A stretch of DNA of 64,000 bases from an uncultured bacterium (GTDB lineage: Bacteria > Actinomycetota > Actinomycetes > S36-B12 > CAIYMF01), in contig CAIKEU010000101.1 of the NCBI GenBank assembly GCA_903826575.1, positions 6,096 to 70,095 of the forward strand, in the 5' to 3' direction. Below, piece after piece: positions 58,424-64,000 of the stretch. The notes below the pieces were generated by a model, which saw nothing but the letters and a program-made list of their open reading frames with translations, ran no database searches and was not told the DNA's origin. A program made the position numbers and the translations under genes. How positions within the stretch are numbered: the first letter of the stretch is position 1; the number at the start of each line of letters is the position of its first letter.

Positions 58424-61087
58424 TTAACCCTTGCGTCCGACGATGAGGTCAGCGATCAAGCCTGTCCATCCCGTTTGGTGCGAAGCGCCCAGGCCCCGCC
58501 CGGTATCGCCGCAGAAGTATTCGTGGAACATCAGATTGCTACTCCAGCGCGGATCGCTCAGGAACTTTTCGTCGCCGGTGAAACATGTCCGCGCACCGTT
58601 GGCGTCAGGTAGGAACAGATCCAGGAGTCGTCGGCGCAACTCGCTAGCGACCTCGTTGAGATTCATATACGTACCCGACCCTGTGGGGCATTCAACGGTG
58701 AACTCCGGGCCAAGGTAGAGGTAATAGCGTTCTAGTGCCTCGATCAGCAAATGGTTGATCGGGAACCACACCGGGCCGCGCCAGTTTGAATTACCGCCGT
58801 AGATCGGTGAGGTTGACTCGGCTGGCTCGTAATCGATTCGAAACTCTTGGCCATTCACCGTCACAGCGAATGGATCGTTTCGATGTCGAGCCGATAGAGA
58901 TCGAATGCCGTACGGGCTAAGCATCGATTCCTCGCTCAGCACTTCGGTGAGCACGCGGCGAAGTCTCTCGCTGTCGACGACGGACAGCAACATGCCACCT
59001 CCGTCGATGACCGATCCGGTGATCGAGACGAAGCCTGCCGACATGGGATCGTCCATGCCACGGTGTTTCAGGAATGAGTTCCAGCGGCGTTGTAGTCGAT
59101 CGGCAGTCAGCTCATCTCGTCGATCGCCGGTGATGTAAGCCGCAGCTAGGACAGGGATGATGCCCACAATCGACTTCACTTTAAGTGGCACGCGAACACC
59201 ATCGGGGCGAATGAGTTGATCGTAGAAGAATCCGTCGGCAGCATCCCACATGCCGCTAGCCGTTACTCCGTCGGTGATTTGGACGAAGTGTTCGATGAAC
59301 TTCGTTGCCATTGACTGGTACACATTGTTGCGACGGGCTAGGCGCAGTGAAATGCGCAGCATCATCTGGCAGTAGAACGCCATCCATGCGGTGCCATCGG
59401 CCTGTTCGACTTCGTAGCCGTGAGGGACTTTCGATCGGTCGATTGCGCCGATGTTGTCAAGGCCAAGGAAGCCGCCACCAAAGACATTGTTTCCACCTTC
59501 GTCAACTCGGTTGACCCACCAGGTGAAGTTGATCAGGAGTTTATGAAAGACGCGTTCAAGGAAGTCGAAGTCTTCACCGCCATCAATTTCGAAAACCCGC
59601 AGAGCGGCCCATGCGTGCACCGGCGGATTTAGATCGTCGAAAGACCATTCATACGAGGGGATTGCACCGTTAGGATGCATGTACCACTCGCGAAGCATGA
59701 GGACGAGTTGGTACTTGGACCACTCCGGATCGATATGTGCGAAGACCACCGTGTGAAACGCCAAGTCCCAGGCGGCAAACCATGGGTACTCCCATGGATG
59801 CGGCATTGAGATGATGTCGTCGGCGAACATGTGTCGCCAGTTCCTGTTGCGAATATGTGCGTGGCCCGACGGTGGCGCGGGTTTACCAGGGTCTCCGTCG
59901 AGCCACCGGTCAACGTCGTATCGATAGAACTGCTTGCCCCAGATCATCCCGGCGAATGCCTGGCGCATGATCTGCATCGTGTCGGCGTTGGTCCCATCGG
60001 GCGCAAGTTCGTTGTAGAACTCGTCTGCCTCTCGCTTGCGCTTGATCATGAGATCGTCGAAATCGCTTTGCGCCCAGCCGGGATGGCTGACGTCTCCGTG
60101 TGTCGGTGACCAGAGCCGAAGTCTCAGTTCGACCGTTTCGCCTGCGGGAACTTCGAGCCGGTACCACCACGCAGCCTTGGTTCCGGTGTTTTCGGGATTG
60201 ACGGTGTTGGCGCCGTGGATCACGTGGTCGTTGATTCCGTCTTTGGGGTAGGGCGTCGTCGCTGCGACGGCTGCCCCCCAAATCGCGGTCGCATTCGTTT
60301 CGTTCTCACAAAACAGTGCGCGTGGAGTCTGGCCGTCGGGGCCGGGCATCGCCGCGAGGTGGTAGGTGCCGGTACGCCAGTGCTCGGCGCGAATCACGTC
60401 ACCCGCTAGGTCGACGTTGGGACGCACCGTGTCAGGGCTGGCGAAACTCCACGTATCACGAAGCCACATGTGCGGTAGTACGTGAAGGGTGTCTGCGTCG
60501 GGCCCGACGTTGGTGATGCGGATCCGTATCGAGATATCCGTTGGGTCTGCCTTTGCGTAATCAACGTCGACGACCCAGTAGCGGTCTTCGTCAAAGGCCC
60601 CAGTGTCGAGGAGGTCGAATTCAGGTTCGTTGCGGGAGCGGGCTGCATTTGTTCGCACCAGCTCGTCATAAGGAAACGCACATTGCGGGTAGTGATAACG
60701 CCAGCGCAACCATGCATGGGACGGCGTTGCGTCGAGGTACCACCAGTAATCCTTGGCGTCCTCTCCATGATTACCTTGATGGCCGTTTAGGCCAAACATT
60801 CGTTCTTTGAGGTGGCTATCGCGGCCATTCCAGAGGGCCAGTCCGAGGCAGAGATCCTGCGAGAGGGTGGAAATCGCCGCCATCCCATCTTCATTCCAAC
60901 GGTACGCTCGCGAACGGGCGTGCTCGTAGGGAAAGTAGCTCCACGCATCCCCGTCGTCGGAATAGTCTTCGCGCACGGTGCCCCAGGCGCGCTCGGCCAC
61001 GTAGGGCCCCCATTCATACCAGGGTCCAGCATCCGCAGGGCCGTGCAGCAGTCGACCGGGATTCTCCATACGTTGGCGCTCACTCAC
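58424..61087 (-). CDS. Glycoside hydrolase family 63-like (MGH1-like glucosidase)
   Basis: WGPYVAERAWGTVREDYS, WEYPWFAAWDLAFH, SNWRGPVW and GLGASHQTGWT motifs. Confidence 0.92.
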   Translation of the reverse strand: MSERQRMENPGRLLHGPADAGPWYEWGPYVAERAWGTVREDYSDDGDAWSYFPYEHARSRAYRWNEDGMAAISTLSQDLCLGLALWNGRDSHLKERMFGLNGHQGNHGEDAKDYWWYLDATPSHAWLRWRYHYPQCAFPYDELVRTNAARSRNEPEFDLLDTGAFDEDRYWVVDVDYAKADPTDISIRIRITNVGPDADTLHVLPHMWLRDTWSFASPDTVRPNVDLAGDVIRAEHWRTGTYHLAAMPGPDGQTPRALFCENETNATAIWGAAVAATTPYPKDGINDHVIHGANTVNPENTGTKAAWWYRLEVPAGETVELRLRLWSPTHGDVSHPGWAQSDFDDLMIKRKREADEFYNELAPDGTNADTMQIMRQAFAGMIWGKQFYRYDVDRWLDGDPGKPAPPSGHAHIRNRNWRHMFADDIISMPHPWEYPWFAAWDLAFHTVVFAHIDPEWSKYQLVLMLREWYMHPNGAIPSYEWSFDDLNPPVHAWAALRVFEIDGGEDFDFLERVFHKLLINFTWWVNRVDEGGNNVFGGGFLGLDNIGAIDRSKVPHGYEVEQADGTAWMAFYCQMMLRISLRLARRNNVYQSMATKFIEHFVQITDGVTASGMWDAADGFFYDQLIRPDGVRVPLKVKSIVGIIPVLAAAYITGDRRDELTADRLQRRWNSFLKHRGMDDPMSAGFVSITGSVIDGGGMLLSVVDSERLRRVLTEVLSEESMLSPYGIRSLSARHRNDPFAVTVNGQEFRIDYEPAESTSPIYGGNSNWRGPVWFPINHLLIEALERYYLYLGPEFTVECPTGSGTYMNLNEVASELRRRLLDLFLPDANGARTCFTGDEKFLSDPRWSSNLMFHEYFCGDTGRGLGASHQTGWTGLIADLIVGRKG

Positions 61088-61321
61088 CGTCCGATCATCG
61101 CATCCCGGTGCGTTGTCGACAGGGCCTCCGAGGTGAATTTCGGGCGAGGCAGTATTCCCCCAGCGTTACCGAATTGTTTTCAATTACGTGCATATTTTTT
61201 CGAAAACATCTGGCGGGAGTGAAAAGCCACGTGATATAAGCCACTCTCGCGACGGGGGTTGGTAACCCTGCCGTCACATGCATGTTCGAATGGAGACACA
61301 TTCACACGTTAGGAAGGTGTC

Positions 61322-61648
61322 ATGAGAACCACAAGTGATCAGTCCACCAGTCAAAATCCGTCTACCAAGACCCCCTTTGCGGTTACATCCGGAACATGGT
61401 TCAGCCGCTGGGGTAACTCCGCCTACGAGTTGTCAACCGGTGTCGATTACGACCAGGCAGTGCGCATGGCCACCGAGTGGGCCACTCGCAATCTCGACTC
61501 AACTGAGGCAGTAGAGGTCGAAATCGACGTCATGCCTATCGGTGACGAGTGGGTTGTCGATGTTGTCGCCTACGAGGTTGACAGCACCGTCCGACCGATC
61601 GGCTCGCGCCGCGCCCGCATCACTAGCGCGGGACGACTCGTCGCGTAG
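61322..61648 (+). CDS. Hypothetical protein (108 aa; weak PepSY-like pattern)
   Basis: AGGAAGG RBS; fills the gap between opposing genes; YDQAVRMA...VEVEID...WVVDV...GRLV pattern. Confidence 0.6.
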   Translation: MRTTSDQSTSQNPSTKTPFAVTSGTWFSRWGNSAYELSTGVDYDQAVRMATEWATRNLDSTEAVEVEIDVMPIGDEWVVDVVAYEVDSTVRPIGSRRARITSAGRLVA

Positions 61649-61654
61649 TCCGCG

Positions 61655-62755
61655 TCAGACGTTCGCACGGCTTGCGCTTCGAAAGAAGCGGTGACGATGC
61701 TCATGTGTCGTCGACATCCATACCAGCGACCACACAATCGTGATGGCACCTCCCAAGATGGTCGCGAGGATGCGGTACTCCTCAGAAGAACCAACAGGCT
61801 CTCCGATGAGGGTGAACAGGGCGATCAGGAACACCGTTACGCCGGCGACGGCGATCATGTAATTAGCCGCGATGAACATCATCGTGATAAGTGCGCCAAA
61901 GCCGATGAGTACTGAGGTCTGATACGGGCCAAGGTGCCCTAACTCGATCGCGGCCGTGACGACTGCGATCCCGATGATCGTTCCGAAGATGCGTGCAGCG
62001 ATTCGAGTGGCCGTTCCGCTGAGGTCTGGAACGGAGGCCCACGCTACCGTCATTGGAATCCAGTACTGATGCGGCCATTTCACGCATTCGGCGATAATCG
62101 TTGCCGTAGTGAATGAGCCGGCGAGACGTACGCCGTGCCGCAGGAAGTCGTCACGGGGGTTCAACCGCGGATGAAGCTGTGCGATCACACTCGGCGTTCG
62201 TTTCGGTGCGCCCCACATGCGTGGGCGTTTGAACACGGCGCGTAACACGATGACCCAGCCCATTATCAGGATGCCCCCGAGGCCAACGAGAAGGCTGTCT
62301 GCGACCGCACTGTCACGTGCAACGGGCATGCCTAGGAAGATTGCGAAAAGGACCAGGGACAGCATCCCTGAGGTTCGCGCATTTGGCCCCGCCCCACCTA
62401 CGAAACCGCAGGCGAATGCTAGGACAGCGCCCACCAGGACGCCGGCCATCATCGTGAACGGAAAGTCAGACGACAGCAGCCCACCCAGAAGGGTTGCCAG
62501 CATCAGCCACAGTAGCGTCCACAACTGCGTAATCAGGCGCCGGTTGGGTGGGTCGTACGTCCCGGAAATCGGGATGAACAGTGATGCTGCCGCTAACGGC
62601 AGCGTCTTGTCTGCCCATCCGACGGTAAGGAAACCAGCAATCATGAGCGTAACGGCGACGGCGGCGGCTAACGGAACTCGCCAGGCGAGCTTGTCTCGCT
62701 GTAGGGCGATGGTTCCGACTGTGACGGTGTGCAGCATCGAATTCGTTCTGCTCAC
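61655..62755 (-). CDS. FUSC family membrane protein
   Basis: Multiple TM helices; RHGVRLA, HQYWIPMTV and RIFGTIIG motifs. Confidence 0.85.
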   Translation of the reverse strand: MSRTNSMLHTVTVGTIALQRDKLAWRVPLAAAVAVTLMIAGFLTVGWADKTLPLAAASLFIPISGTYDPPNRRLITQLWTLLWLMLATLLGGLLSSDFPFTMMAGVLVGAVLAFACGFVGGAGPNARTSGMLSLVLFAIFLGMPVARDSAVADSLLVGLGGILIMGWVIVLRAVFKRPRMWGAPKRTPSVIAQLHPRLNPRDDFLRHGVRLAGSFTTATIIAECVKWPHQYWIPMTVAWASVPDLSGTATRIAARIFGTIIGIAVVTAAIELGHLGPYQTSVLIGFGALITMMFIAANYMIAVAGVTVFLIALFTLIGEPVGSSEEYRILATILGGAITIVWSLVWMSTTHEHRHRFFRSASRANV

Positions 62756-62903
62756 AGGCGTGCGCCAGTGATGTGCGCTGCGTCCATCGTCACAGTGTGG
62801 CGTATCGGGTCACAAGGGCTGACACACACATGTCAATGGCGGTATCTGGTTGTGTCAGATACCGCCATTGACTTTGTGTTTCTTGGATCAGTTGCTCGAC
62901 CGA

Positions 62904-63209
62904 CTACTGGCCAGCGCCTTCCCAGAACATGGCATCGCCAACGAGGTTTGCGGTGCGGTGGAGACGTCCATCGAGATGCTCAGCAACGAACTCTGCTGCG
63001 GCGCGGGTGGCTGCCTCAGCTTCTTCGTGGGTTTCCCACACAGTGATGGAGATCATCGTGACCGGGTCTACCTCGATGAGTGAAAACGCTCGGAAGCCAG
63101 GCTGTGCGGTAAAAATGTCGCGGGTTCCGCCTGGTCCGAGAGCGACCTCGGCGATGTCTTTCGCGGTTCCGTGGGTGACATCGTAGGTAGCGATACGGAC
63201 GTGATTCAT
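62904..63209 (-). CDS. Small ABM-like (dimeric alpha-beta barrel) protein
   Basis: QPGF...ISITVWETHEEAEAA pattern; AAGGAG RBS. Confidence 0.65.
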   Translation of the reverse strand: MNHVRIATYDVTHGTAKDIAEVALGPGGTRDIFTAQPGFRAFSLIEVDPVTMISITVWETHEEAEAATRAAAEFVAEHLDGRLHRTANLVGDAMFWEGAGQ

Positions 63210-63266
63210 GTGAGTGCTCCTTTGTGGATGCTCCGGCGGAGCGTGAGGCTCCCGACTCTAGCCGCT

Positions 63267-64000
63267 TCAGGTGGTGGAGATAGCCACGCCTGTCACGACG
63301 AGTAGCCCGCCGAAGATGATCCCGAGTGTCAATGATTCACCGAGGAAGAGCGAGGAGAAGATCACTCCGAAGACTGGAATCAAAGTCAGGCTGGCACCTG
63401 CCAGTGTTGGGCTGACGTCCTGCAGGGCTCGGTTGTAAAGCAGGAAGCCAAGTGCCGAACCGAAAATACCGGTCGTAATTGCCGCACCAATTTCCAACGC
63501 AGTCGCCCCCGCGATGATGCTCTGGTGACTGTTGTAAACCGACAACGAAATGAATGGAACAAGTGCGAGCGAACCGAACAAGAACTGGTAGAACGTAAGT
63601 TCCACGGAGTCGTATTTCTCAGCAACGCCATGGGCAACAAGGATGTACGCGGCCGCGCACAGCACTCCAAGAAAGACCAGTGCGTCGCCGACGAACGTCG
63701 GTGTGCCACTGCCTTTGGTTGTTGTCACAGCAATCAGACCGACTAGTGCAAGTCCGAGTCCGAGCATGACGCGGCGGGTGGGAATGTGCTTATGAAATAC
63801 CGCAGCCATGATCACGACGAGCAACGACTGAAGTCCAATAACCAGCGACGCATGAGTTCCCGATGTTCGAGCCATTCCACTGTTGATCAGTATGTAGGCC
63901 AACGTCGGTTCGAGAAATCCAGCAAAGGCCAATCCCCAACTCGGTTTGTTGAGTTTCACTCGCCCAATGATCACAACGCCAGCCAAGATGATCAGTGTTG
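63267..64000 (-). CDS. DMT/EamA family transporter (5' end lies beyond the window)
   Basis: Frame open to base 64000; LEPTLAY...G and LYNRAL...L.PVFGV..S..FLGE motifs. Confidence 0.88.
   Translation of the reverse strand, partial: TLIILAGVVIIGRVKLNKPSWGLAFAGFLEPTLAYILINSGMARTSGTHASLVIGLQSLLVVIMAAVFHKHIPTRRVMLGLGLALVGLIAVTTTKGSGTPTFVGDALVFLGVLCAAAYILVAHGVAEKYDSVELTFYQFLFGSLALVPFISLSVYNSHQSIIAGATALEIGAAITTGIFGSALGFLLYNRALQDVSPTLAGASLTLIPVFGVIFSSLFLGESLTLGIIFGGLLVVTGVAISTT

Noticed and set aside
56286-64000. Integrative island at tRNA-Thr
   Set aside because: Genes look accessory, but I found no integrase or duplicate of the tRNA 3' end within the window; cannot be excluded beyond base 64000.

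Overview
High-GC actinobacterial (Actinomycetota) chromosomal segment, mostly the conserved asd ... tRNA-Pro - metallophosphoesterase - yqeY - ponA - wblA/whiB4 - ArsA pair - RidA - NUDIX - MBL - crp - nth - NUDIX - marP - acs - ssd/Tad pilus - DUF1998 helicase - bldG/anti-sigma - hppA - topA - tmk - holB - PSP1 - tRNA-Thr backbone. I see no integrase, transposase, prophage or CRISPR array. Accessory material sits at the two tRNAs and as single-gene insertions. Main points of interest: (1) a three-unit, ~107-bp array of tRNA-Pro 3' ends, each with its own terminator, next to an AT-richer secreted beta/gamma-crystallin + partner module; (2) a compact catabolic module (flavin reductase, glutamine-synthetase-like ligase, NicX-like dioxygenase, divergent acyl-CoA-dehydrogenase-like enzyme) around a palindromic operator; (3) an RsiG-like protein with one intact c-di-GMP motif inserted between crp and nth; (4) two tandem Coq4-like paralogs with a probable TerB-like N-terminus next to tRNA-Thr. 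All product calls come from motif recognition by eye; no database searches were run.
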